A stretch of 64,000 nt of DNA, taken from the NCBI GenBank assembly GCA_964106915.2, contig OZ066924.1; one strand, written 5' to 3'. Numbering within the stretch: position 1 is the stretch's first letter; each line of letters starts with the position of its first letter. This DNA is from Podarcis gaigeae (Eukaryota). The notes under the pieces were generated by a model that was not told the origin of the DNA, did no database searches, and worked only from the letters and a program-made list of their open reading frames with translations. A program made the translations under genes and the position numbers. This document shows positions 1-10,611 of the stretch, one piece after another.

Positions 1-289
1 ATGTGCTTGGCCCTACACTTGTGTGGGGAATTAAAACACCCCAAAAGGGCTATTGCCATTTCCACATGTGTTTTCTATTCCTTATGCAGCACTGTTGCAT
101 TCAAGCTAGTCTGGGGTTTCATCATTAATGAGTGAACTGGACACTTCTAATGCAAGTCAGCATATATGAGACCACATTGTTGGTTCATCTTGCCTAGTGT
201 TGTCTACTGTAACTAACAGAAGCAGCTCTCAAAGATATGAGCCCCTGGGATTCTCCTCAGCCTTAGTACCTTAACTGGATATTGCAATT

Positions 290-2453
290 TTTTTTTATAT
301 ATAATATTTTTTATTAGTTTTATGAAATACAGAAAAAAGAAAAGAGCATATTATAAAAATAGAGAAAGAAAGTTACAAATTTTCTTATTCTTTTTTCCAA
401 ATCTACTGGACTTCCCCGCGTCCTCCCAACCCTGCATTCTCTGTGATACATAACATCAGCAATTTGTTAACTTGTTTCAATACTTGTTGTATCTTTCATT
501 TTATCATGTTACCCAATTTCAAATATATTATGACCCAAATCATGTACGTTTTCATTTTAACACAATAAAGTTGTTTCATTATTCTATCTCTGACTTCTTG
601 TACCTTAATTTCCATTTCTTTAATTTAACATTACTGAAGCTAGAATTTCCTAAAAGGTGCGTTTTTTAACATTCATACAACTTATAATGTTTTTCCAAAT
701 AGTCTTTAAATTTTTTCCAGTCCTCCTCGATTGTTTCTTCTCCCAAGTCTCGGATTCTGCCAGTCATTTCGGCCAGTTCCATATAGTCCATCAACTGCGT
801 TTGCCATTCCCCCAGTGTGGGTAAATCTTGTGACTTCCAATATTTTGCAATCAAAATCCTTGCTGCTGTGGTGGCGTACATAAAAAAAGTTCTATCCTTC
901 TTAAACACCCTCTGGTCCACCATGCCCAGGAGGAAGGCCTCTGGTTTCTTAGGTAAGGTAAATCTAAGTACCTTTTTTAGTTCATTATGAATCATTTCCC
1001 AAAAGGCCTTCACCTTCGGGCAGGTCCACCAGAGGTGAAAGAATGTCCCTTCCGCCTCCTTACATTTCCAACATTTATTATCAGACAGGTGATATATCTT
1101 AGCAAGCTTGACTGGGGTCATGTACCACCGGTATATCATTTTCATAATGTTTTCCTTCAAGGCACTACATGCCGTAAATTTCATTCCGGTGTTCCATAAC
1201 CTTTCCCAGTCTTCAAACATAATGTTATGCCCCAAGTCCTGTGCCCACTTTATCATTGCGGATTTAACTGTCTCATCCTGAGTATTCCATTTAAGCAGCA
1301 GGTTATACATTCTCGAAAGTAGTTTACTTTTTGGTTCTAACAATTCTGTCTCTAGTTTCGATTTTTCCACCTGGAATCCAACCTTCTTATCTACTTTAAA
1401 GACCTCTTGAATTTGTGCATAATGCAACCAATCTCACACCTTGTTTTTTAGTTTTTCCAAGCTCTGCAACCTCCAATTGTCTCCAATCTTTTCAATAATT
1501 TCCCCATATTTAGGCCAATTGGCTTCCATATTAGGTCTCTTACGTGCCTTGGCCTCCACCAGTGAGAGCCACCTCGGAGTCTTACTCTCCAATAAGTCTT
1601 TATATTTTGTCCAGACCATTAAAATTGCTCTCCTGACAATGTGGTTTTTAAACAGTTTGTGCACTTTAACCTTGTCATACCACAAATATGCATGCCACCC
1701 AAAAGCATTGTCAAACCCTTCCAGATCTAGGACATCAGTGTTTTCCAGTAAGATCCAATCTTTCAACCAGCAGAAGGCTGCGGATTCATAATATAACCTC
1801 AAGTCTGGCAGGGCAAATCCCCCTCTTTCTTTCGCATCAGTTAATATCTTAAACTTTATTCGGGGCTTTTTGCCCTGCCAAACAAACTTAGAGATATCCT
1901 TCTGCCACCTTCCAAAGCATTCCACCTTGTCCACAATCTGTAGGGTCTGAAACAAAAATAACATTTTTGGCAATACGTTCATCTTTATAGCTGCTATTCG
2001 GCCCAACAAGGAAAGTTTCAATCTTGACCACGTTTCCAAATCTCTTTTGATTTCTGACCAACATTTCTCGTAGTTGTCTTTAAACAGATTCAAATTTTTG
2101 GAGGTCAGATACACCACTAGGTATTTTACTTTTTTAACCACATTTAATTCTGTTTCTTTCACGAACTCATCTGTTTCTGTAGTTGTCAATTTTTTTGCTA
2201 GAACCTTAGTTTTTTGCTTGTTCAACTTAAATCCCGCCACCCGACCAAAATCCGAAATTAATTCTAACACTCTTTTAGTACTAGAGACAGGCTCCTGCAA
2301 TGTTAATACCAGGTCATCTGCAAATGCTTTCAATTTATATTGTTTCACTCCGACCTCAATTCCCTGTACCAACCGGTCTTTCTAATCATGTTCAATAGCA
2401 CCTCCAGAACTGAAATAAACAATAGGGGGGATAGGGGGCACCCCTGCCGTGTC
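290..2453 (-). mobile_element. 5'-truncated L1-clade LINE (ORF2 C-terminal half plus 3'UTR and A-rich tail)
   Basis: 15-bp perfect TSD CTGGATATTGCAATT at 275-289 and 2454-2468. T-rich tail at the left end. Translation gives RT motifs (TRQGCPLSPLLF, KAFADDL, KVKYL) and a C-terminal CCHC knuckle CWKC..GTFFHLWWTC. Confidence 0.95.
666..2453 (-). pseudogene. Disrupted L1 ORF2 (reverse transcriptase to zinc knuckle)
   Basis: ORFs 1434-2372 and 666-1427 are in the same frame, separated by one TGA at 1434-1436 (probable CGA>TGA). A 1-bp frameshift near 2380 joins the upstream RQGCPLSPLLFISVLEVLLNMIR segment. Confidence 0.92.
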
Positions 2454-2624
2454 CTGGATATTGCAATTATTGAATGTAGGACCTTCACATGCACTGTACT
2501 ACTGAGACATGACTCTTCCCCTACTTTCAGACTTGGGGAAGGAATAATAAATGTTCTCTAATGCTCTGTAGATCACAGAGAGGCAAACACAAAGTCTTTG
2601 ACTGTACATAAGATTTTCTGGGAC

Positions 2625-2740
2625 ATTCCAGGTGTTATTCCACTATAACTTCCAAAATCCATGAGCATTGGTCATACTTCCTGGGACTGATGGGAGGTGG
2701 AGTCCAATATATCTCAAGAGTACCATGCTGGGGAAGGCTG
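2625..2740. mobile_element. Degraded URR1-like hAT MITE
   Basis: Decayed palindromic core (ccactataacttcc...gatgggaggtggagtcc) ending ggggaaggctg, similar to the MITEs at 12237, 32498 and 60645. Confidence 0.55.
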
Positions 2741-4900
2741 TTCTATACTACAAGTAACAGAAAATGTTGTTTAGTAAAAAGAAAAGACTTCTTGGATTTA
2801 TCAGAAAACTGGATTACTGCTCTCAAGATGCAATTTGTTGTTCCGATGAAGTGGTTGTTGAAGAACAGTAACTTTTTGTTTTGTTTTGTTTGGAGTCCAG
2901 TTCAAACACATTAGAGAAAACAGAGCATATTCTTCTACTCGTTCCATTATTTGCAGTTCCAACATTATCCAGAAACAGGTCTCTTTGTGCTCTCAGTATG
3001 AAAAATGGTTTGAATTCCTCTTAAATTAGAAAGGAAGGCATGAGAATAACAAGCCACAAATTATTATTATTTTTTTAAAACAAATTTGCATTCACATCCA
3101 CCATTGGGGGTGGAAACCATTTTTCCTTGAATGGACCACTGATTGAATGGTGTTTTTTTCTCCATCCTTGGAAGAGTGAAAGTTTTATATCCCTTCCGTG
3201 CAGTTCATTTTTTTTTTCAACAATGATGAAATTCTGCCATTCAGAACATTTTATATCATTCATTGTAACATTAGTACAGCATTCAAACTTATAAAGACAA
3301 TCACAGCTCAGTCATATTGAACATTCACCATTTGTCTCCTTAGAAATTATGAGGCATTTTCACTAGTGGTTATTCTGCAGAGGTTATTTCTACTATGGAG
3401 AGAAAATCATGCAGCTGAGGGACTTTATAAAAGAAAAAGAAGGAGTCTGCTTATTGCATAAAAGACTCTCCACTCCATCCCCCAAAGCCAGTATGAAACT
3501 GAGAAAGAAAATGAAAACCACAAAGCAATAATAAAAATAAATAATGTAAGAATCCAAAGGAGAAAAATAACAACCATGGCCTTGATATGAGTTGACCTTT
3601 CTCAAATGTTACAGCATAAAATGTTTAAATGCATTAAAGTATATCAAGACATTCATCTAAACAGTTGGGGACTATACATTTGGAAGTAAAGTTAAAAAGG
3701 GTAATGACTAGGAAAGTTACAGGGAATGTTTTGGAGCAAGAAGTGTGTTAATGCATACAGTTCTGTGCAAAATAACCATAAGGCATGGTTTTAGGATTCC
3801 CTTGAGATGTTTGAAGCACTTTGTTTGACCTCATGCAAATCTAATGGGGTAGAATGCTAGGTACAAGTCTGCAGATTTTTTTCCCCACAGAGCAGTGGGG
3901 GAAGTATATGTATATTCATTCAAATTCTAAAGAGAATGTCAAAATGGCTTTGTTCATCTAAGAAGAATCTCTACATCAAGGAAGCAAACTTTTTACAATG
4001 ACAACAACATCTATCTATCTAACAGCATTGTGAGGTCATAAAAATGGCCTGGGTTGAAAAGGTTGTGTGTCTGGATGTGCCCTGGGGCTTTTTAACACCC
4101 CCCCCTTACTACTGTGGCTTTTTGTATGAGCACATAACCCCCAGAGTGGTCCTGGAAAGTTGGAGGAGTGGGTGTGGTGGGAGGAGAAATCACACATATC
4201 ATAGTCCAAGCCTAGTCCAAAGTGAGTGGCTTGCAATTTTCATAAAGGCTTATGGTTTCGTATGCCAATCAGAATATGTTTATCAGGAGGGTTGGACATA
4301 TTTTTTCAGCCAGATTTTGGGTGGGATGGAAAAAGGTCAGCTCAGTGCAATGCATTTAATTGTTTTGTTCATCAGAGAGAGGTTCGAGTGCCTCATGTGA
4401 AAGCACCCAAGTCAAACAAGAATTCCCTCCAACACAAATTATTTCCTATCAGAAGCAGTTCAGCCATCAGAAGCAGATGAGGAAGAGTCACTGTGGTAGC
4501 TTCCTGGCAGGTGGGTCACTGTTGCTTACCAGAAGGCAGAGGTGCAAAGTGACAGACAGGTCGTCATGGTACAAACAGACTGACAGAGCCAATTGGGTTC
4601 CTTTGCCTCCCCATCTCCCTCCTCTTAAACAACAATGACCCACCTGTCAGGAAGTTGGCATCATGTTCGCTGAGCAGCTTCTTTTTCCTACTACAGAGAT
4701 GAGTTTCAAAGGCCAGAATGATCATGTTTCAAATATCTGCCAAACAGTTCTTAAGAGCCCAGCTAAATAGATGGGCTCAGGGTGTAGTCCTGTTTAGCTA
4801 ACTTTCATCTGCAACTGTCATCTGTAAAGTGCTGTCCCACAGGGAGAAAAAGGTGTCATACTCCAGGCCTAAAATATGATTGCATCTGATCTGGTTCCTG

Positions 4901-5221
4901 AAGATGATGATGAAGAAGAAGAAGAAGAAGAGGAGGAGGAGGAGGAGGAGGAGGAGGAGGAGGAGGAGGAGGAGGAGGAGGAGGAGGAGGAGTTTGGATT
5001 TGATATCCCGCTTTATCACTACCCTAAGGAGTCTCAAAGCAGCTAACTTTCTCCTTTCCCTTCCTCCCCCTCAACAAACACTCTGTGTGAGGCTGGGAGA
5101 CTTCAGAGAAGTGTGACTAGCCCAAGGTCACCCAGCAGCTGCATGTGGAGGAGTGGGGACGCGAACCCGGTTCACCAGATTACGAGTCCACTGCTTTTAA
5201 CCACTATACCACACTGGCTCT
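4901..5221 (-). mobile_element. Squam3-type (Ther1/MIR-related) tRNA-derived SINE with compound (CCT)/(CTT)/(CAT) tail
   Basis: tRNA-like head on the minus strand (gagccagtgtggtatagtggttaaaagc...gggttcgcgtcc). Near-identical to copies at 12627, 49105 and 53587. Trinucleotide tail at 4901-4991. Confidence 0.88.
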
Positions 5222-5324
5222 CTTAAGCATTCTTAACACATGCAGCCACAACAAAACATGGTTTAAACATGGTTTAAAATAGAGAAACCATAGAAAAGTA
5301 CTAAGATTGGGAAAATTTAACAAA

Positions 5325-5840
5325 TTGGTTTCTCTTACTTTATCATTTTTCCAATTTTAAGTTCAGCTCATATTTCCACATCAGTTTGCAATTATTTTTT
5401 TAAAGTCATCATGAAAATTCACCAGCATTCTGGTGTGTATTTCTGCTAATATACACATTAGTTTCTATGCAGCTTTATCTCCTATACACAATTGTGCAAG
5501 AAACTTTCCTTAGTTTAATTAATTTTTGACTCCTATTTTCTCAACAATATGTGTATTGTTCAAGACTGTATTTTCTAAAAGGTCTAGAGCAAGGTTATAA
5601 AGACAATACCAAAAAGAAAATCAGTTATAATTAACCATAAAATCAGAAAAACTGACTTAAAATGCTTCCTCAATTAAGGAAAAGTTTATGCAATGAGCCT
5701 GAAATTTAACAGGGCAGGAGTTTGTCTTAACTTTCCATTTTGATGCACTTTCTCGCATTTATATATATACATGGTTGGAAAATTGGACTGAAAAATCTGG
5801 AGAAACATGAATTTTGAAGGTTAACTTAGTTTTTGTTTGT
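5325..5840 (+). repeat. Old AT-rich dispersed repeat (unclassified, probably a non-autonomous DNA element)
   Basis: Motif tttttccaat(c/t)ttaa(g/a)tt..ttccacatcagtttg recurs near 16755, 52270, 57130 and 62700, and inverted near 8460-8690 and 45200-45545. Confidence 0.55.
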
Positions 5841-7302
5841 GTACCATTTCAAGAAGAGGAAATGAGGCAGGGACTGAACCAATACAGCCTTTGTGAGTCT
5901 CCAGATAAAATAATAGCAACACTTGAAAAGGCCTCTTTTCCTTTAACTTGGGACCTTCAACTCTGTGTCAGATGCTGGACATCCTTCCTTGGTTGACTTG
6001 GTTGAATCCAGAAAGCAATTCTGAATTGAATTAGAGTTTGCTGTGACAGACAAAACATACTTTACAGTAGGCAAATTGAATTTCTCTGACTGAGTGACTT
6101 TGCTGTGGCGCAACTCCTCGCAAGAAGATTTTCACATTATTGAGAGCTGGTAGGGTTTCCTTGCAAATAGCCACAAGCAGTGCACCCAGGGACACGACAA
6201 CAGGTTCCTTTGTCTGCCGCCGAGCCCTGCCTTTGCAGACAAACACTCTGCTGCCCCTCACATAAAATAAAATGAAAGAAGTACAAACCTCTATATGAAC
6301 TTCTCTTTGAGAAAAATGCTCCCTTGCCCCCCCAAACCTCAGTCTCAACTGGGTCTTGCTCAGCTAGTTTAGTATCTAGTATTACAGAATGCAATGTGTT
6401 TTTAATGGAGTGCAAAGACAGGAATGTTTTCTTATCTTAAAACCAGTTATGAATGGAGGCATGGCACCGGTTACCTTGATTCAATTATGGTTAGAAGCTC
6501 CATGCCAACTGCAGCAATTTTGTCCCTAACATGGAAAGGCACACAAGAAGCTCTCCGGTTTACATTTCCGACAGATTGGCAAAGCAACATCCCTGTTATC
6601 GTGGATATTGCCCTGCAGCTGGCACAAAACAAAGTCTCCAAATGCTTTCATTCTTGTGCTGGACGAGTGTAGCACATCTGTGTCATAAACCTAACATCTG
6701 TATCATATAGAGCAAAAAAAAAAAAAATGCATTTGCTTGGGCAGTGCTTAAGGAACTGGCAGCACATACAAGAAATAACTTCACACTTATTGAGTCTCAA
6801 ACTTTACCCAAGAGGATGGAGATTTTCTGATTTAATATTTAAGAAGAAAAAACGAAAACAGGACTGTTTTGCTTTCTTGGCTGTAGTCTCCTTTGGACAC
6901 AAAGGCAACGAAGCAAAACATTTGTCCATTTGCCTGGACATCTATTTTATACAGTCTTAAGACATCCTTAGAAAGCTTTATTTGGCTACCAAGCAAAGCA
7001 GTGATCCTTGTGAAATGTTCGAAATATGGGCATCCCTGGACACAGTTATGGCCTAATTACACACGACAATAAACGCAGTACTGGCAATATAAGGGTTTTA
7101 GTTGATTTAATGGTAGAGAGCTAGAACCCAAATTTAAACTGTGTGGGGCATAGAGAAAGTGGGTGGAGAAATTTTATTCTCCCATTCTCTCTCATGGACA
7201 CCCAGTGTGTAATTAAACTATAGAATTCACACCCACAGGTGATGACAGTGATGGCCACCTACCTGGATGGCTTCAAAAGAGGATTAGACAAATTAATTCT
7301 AG

Positions 7303-7430
7303 TTCACAGAACTGTAGAGTTGGAAGGGACCACGAGGGTCATCTAGTTCAATGCCCTGCAATGTAGGAATTGTTTGCCCAATGTGGGGCCTGAACCCATG
7401 GCCCCGAGATTAAGAATCTCTGACCTATGC
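7303..7430 (-). mobile_element. Short SINE with tRNA-Lys-like head and CR1-like tail
   Basis: gtggggcctgaacccatggccccgagattaagaatctc is the reverse complement of a tRNA-Lys(CTT)-like segment. agaactgtagagttggaagggacc..ggtcatctagttcaa is a CR1-type 3' end. Confidence 0.65.
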
Positions 7431-7432
7431 CA

Positions 7433-7880
7433 GTTGTTGTTTAGTCGTTTAGTCGTGTCCGACTCTTCATGACCCCAGTTTGGTCAAACTCATGCTGGTA
7501 GCTTTGAGAACATTGTCCAACCATCTCGTCCTCTGTCGTCCCCTTCTCCTTGTGCCCTCCATCTTTCCCAACATCAGGGTCTTTTCCAGGGAGTCTTCTC
7601 TTCTCATGAGGTGGCCAAAGTATTGGAGCCTCAGCTTCAGGATCTGTCCTTCCAGTGAGCACTCAGGGCTGATTTCCTTCAGAATGGATAGGTTTGATCT
7701 TCTTGCAGTCCGTGGAACTCTCAAGAGTCTCCTCCATCACCATAATTCAAAAGCATCAATTCTTCGGTGATCAGCCTTCTTTATGGTCCAGCTCTCACTT
7801 CCATACATCACTACTGGGGGAACCATAGCTTTAACTATATGGACCTTTGTTGGCAAGGTGATGTCTATGCTTTTTAAGAT
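7433..7880 (-). mobile_element. BovB (RTE clade) LINE 3' fragment
   Basis: Translation LKEISPECSLEGQILKLRLQYFGHLMRREDSLEKTLMLGK..RRRGRQRTRWLD. 3' end agagtcggacacgactaaacgactaaacaacaac. A ~45-bp internal deletion relative to the copy at 40369. Confidence 0.93.
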
Positions 7881-8738
7881 AGGCTATAAATAATTATTAT
7901 CCATGATTGATTTGCTGTACCTCAAAGCAACAATGCATCTGAATACCAGTTGCTGGAAACGACAGAAGGGGAGAGTGCGCTTGTGCTTGGTGCTGCTTGT
8001 GGGTGTCCCACGGGCCACTGGAAACACAGGACATTGGATGAAGTGGGCCGTTGGCCTGATCTAGCAGTCTCTTCTTATGTTCTTAATAAGGACCACAGCG
8101 CTCTTGGAATTGTGGTTTAAGTTTTCCTGCCTCAACAGCAATCTCAAAGAAAATCATCTGTTGTTGTTGGCATCTGTCTGTCTCGGGAGACAATGGAAGA
8201 CAATGATAATATGTCCTTAATGCTGGCATCAAACCAGTCAGGGATCTGTTGCTCTCTTTTTCCAAAACAGGACATAGTTCAAAACCACAACTTTGCTGCA
8301 ATTAGTGATAGGAGAAAATATCATATTGGTACTAGCGATTTGCACCCATACCAGCAGGAGAGAGGTTAAGCTTTTGGTGTACCAACATCAAAGACATGTC
8401 TGGGAATATAAAAGCCTGCTCAGCTCCTGCTTCTTCATTCAGCTCCACAGCCCCACAATCATCGGGGAGAAATTCAGATCAGTTCACATTTACAAAATTC
8501 ACAATTTCCAAAACAATGCATCAATGAAAGAACCACCCCAGATTCTTCTCTGATTTTTTTCAGTACAGTACTCCAGCCAAGGAGTACACACAAAATTTAT
8601 ATATTAGGATAAAGTGTGACTATGCATGAATATAATAGTGAACATTGCTTTGCAAAAAGTGTATGTTGGGATAAATTTACGCTGAAATTTTTGTTTATGT
8701 TGCCCTCCCATCAGTTGTCAAGGAAATAAGTAACTATA

Positions 8739-8947
8739 CAGTGGTACCTTGGGTTACAGGCGCTTCAGGTTACAGACTCCACTAACCAAGAAATATTACC
8801 TCGGGTTAAGAACTTTGCTTCAGGATGAAGCAAAAAGGATTAAGAACAGAGGCCCCGTTAGCTAAAGTGGTACCTCAGGTTAAGAACAGTTTCAGGTTAA
8901 GAGCAGACCTCCAGAACAAATTATGTTCTTAACCCGAGGTACCACTG
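8739..8947. mobile_element. Tc1/mariner (Tigger-like) MITE
   Basis: TIRs CAGTGGTACCTYGGGTTA (17/18 match), flanked by TA on both sides (8737-8738, 8948-8949). Confidence 0.9.
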
Positions 8948-9024
8948 TATAACCTTTAGAAGACATCTGAAGGCAGCACTATACAGGGAAGTTTTTAATA
9001 TATATTTTATTATCTTTTTATATA

Positions 9025-9566
9025 CCATACTTTCCCGCCTATAAGATGCCTATAGGATTGAGTCCATTTTGGGCGACTCAATTTTAAGAAAATGAGGGAG
9101 ATGGCCCAAAGTTGTTGAGCCTCTCTCCCCCCCCCCCCCCAGCTGCAGGCAGGAAACACTCCCTAGATCGTTTCCCACATGCAGCGGCATCAGGGGAAGT
9201 TGCGCTCCTGCCAGCCATCCAGTTGGCAGGAGCGCAACCTCCCCCAATGCCGTCGCATGTTGGAAATGACCCAAGGAGCGCCTGTCGTGCGCAGCATCAT
9301 CGAGGGAAGTTGCACTCCCACCAATGAGCTGGCTGGTGGCGCACAGCTTCTCTCCACACACCCCCCCAGCTGCAGGCAGGAAACACCCTCAGATCACTCC
9401 CTGCTCACTCTGGCATTGGGGGAAGCGGTGCTCCTACCAGCCGAATGGCTGGCGGCGCACTGCTTCTTCCCTCCCCCCCCATGCCACTATCCATGTATTG
9501 GACGACCCCGGTTTTTTGACGTGAATTTTGACTCAAAAAGCCTCGTCCATACACAGAAAAATACAG
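9025..9566. mobile_element. Tc1/mariner (pogo/Tigger-like) non-autonomous element with GC-rich, internally repeated hairpin units
   Basis: TA-flanked degenerate TIRs (ccatactttcccgcctataag / catacacagaaaaatacag). Ends match the shorter element at 33344-33515. Three related internal units near 9195, 9304 and 9420. Confidence 0.75.
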
Positions 9567-9571
9567 TATGT

Positions 9572-9618
9572 TGAAAGCCACCCAGGGTGGCTGGGGAAAC
9601 CCAGTTAGATAGGCAGGG

Positions 9619-9650
<32 letters not shown>

Positions 9651-9693
9651 CTTCTTCTTCTTCTTCTTCTTCTTCTTCTTCTTCTTCTTCTTC
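9572..9693 (+). mobile_element. L2-type LINE extreme 3' end with (CTT)n tail
   Basis: aagccacccagggtggctggggaaacccagttagataggcaggg followed by ~24 CTT units (9621-9693). The same 3' sequence occurs inverted at 41897-41955. Confidence 0.7.
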
Positions 9694-10298
9694 TCTTTAC
9701 TTCGACTGTCCTGGCAAAAAAAGCTTTTGTCTATCCTTGAATAGCGGGCAACGCTTGACCTTCTTCCCCTTCTATGCACCTCTTCATTTCACCTCCAGCT
9801 TTATTTATTGAGAGATCCATTTACAAATAATTGCTCAAGTTCCTTTCTTGACTTCACTTCTCATCTTCATCACCTCCTCCTTGGAACCCTACTGACATCA
9901 CCTGGGACTGAAGTGCACCTGACCCTCTCCAAATTAGACCTACTGTCTTCCCCCTGCCCCTGACGCATGCTTATTTTTCAATGAGTCTGTCCTGTCAGTT
10001 TCATTCTATTCTCGCACTCCTTGATTTCCTTGATTACAATTTTCTCCTTGAAATTAACATTCACACCCAGTTCACTGTTCCCCAAGTCCTTGTTGCATGT
10101 ATAAACAGTTATCAGTGGAAGCAAATTCATGTGCCCGAAAAGTAACAACGATGGTGACTGTCAGTTTTGTCGGTTCCTTTGTGTTTGTTTTGCTGTCAAC
10201 AGTGCAATTTGGCAGTGCAGATGAGAAGTGAGAAACAGAGTGGGGAAATAAAACATGCAGACTAGCATTGACATATAGTTGAATATGAAAATTGATAA

Positions 10299-10349
<51 letters not shown>

Positions 10350-10351
<2 letters not shown>

Positions 10352-10558
10352 TTTCGTAGATTTTCACGGGTACAGGAATGCAGGTTTTGGTGTCCTCGGG
10401 TGTCTTCCCGTGTAAAAGTTGGGGTGTCTAGGCGACGTTTCGACGAGGTCTCACTCGTCATCTTAGCACCAGCCTGAAGATGACGAGTGAGACCTCGTCG
10501 AAACGTCGCCTAGACACCCCAACTTTTACACGGGAAGACACCCGAGGACACCAAAACC

Positions 10559-10563
<5 letters not shown>
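10350..10563. mobile_element. Penelope-like element (PLE) terminal remnant: inverted pseudo-LTR pair
   Basis: Perfect 87-bp inverted repeat 10378-10464 / 10477-10563 with a 12-nt spacer. Left arm extends to a PLE-type 3' end (cccgtgaaaatctacgaaagc on the minus strand). Embedded in (TA)n at 10303-10349 and 10563-10606. Confidence 0.8.
10472..10509 (+). ncRNA. Minimal type I hammerhead ribozyme-like motif
   Basis: CUGAAGA (10474-10480), U, helix II GACGAG/CUCGUC with UGAGAC loop (10482-10499), GAAA (10500-10503), C, GUC triplet (10505-10507). Helix I has only 2 clear base pairs. Confidence 0.6.

Positions 10564-10611
<48 letters not shown>

Larger units (their letters stand above)
160..2512 (-). 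mobile_element. Old tRNA-derived SINE split by the L1 insertion (halves ~160-289 and ~2454-2512)
   Basis: Joined flanks (gttcatcttgcctagtgttgtctact...gcagctctc...ggatattgcaattattgaatgtaggaccttcacatgc...tactactgag) resemble the reverse complement of the degraded SINE at 12120-12430. Confidence 0.5.
7245..8085 (+). mobile_element. CR1 LINE 3' end, interrupted by a SINE and a BovB fragment (CR1 parts ~7245-7300 and ~7880-8085)
   Basis: gtgatggccacc..ggatggcttcaaaagaggattagacaaatt and the typical 3' end ggcctgatctagcag..tcttcttatgttctta. Similar to 22143-22398. Confidence 0.75.

Noticed and set aside
4798-5116. ORFs with poly-Leu, poly-Arg and poly-Lys runs (also 9405-9811, 10072-10661, 41785-41982, 51937-52152)
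   Set aside because: They are translations of microsatellites and SINE tails, not genes.
10350-10563. Palindrome read as a MITE, terminator or CRISPR-like repeat
   Set aside because: The arms are asymmetric (28 extra nt on the left), there is no DNA-transposon TIR/TSD pattern and no repeat-spacer array. It fits an inverted PLE terminus better.
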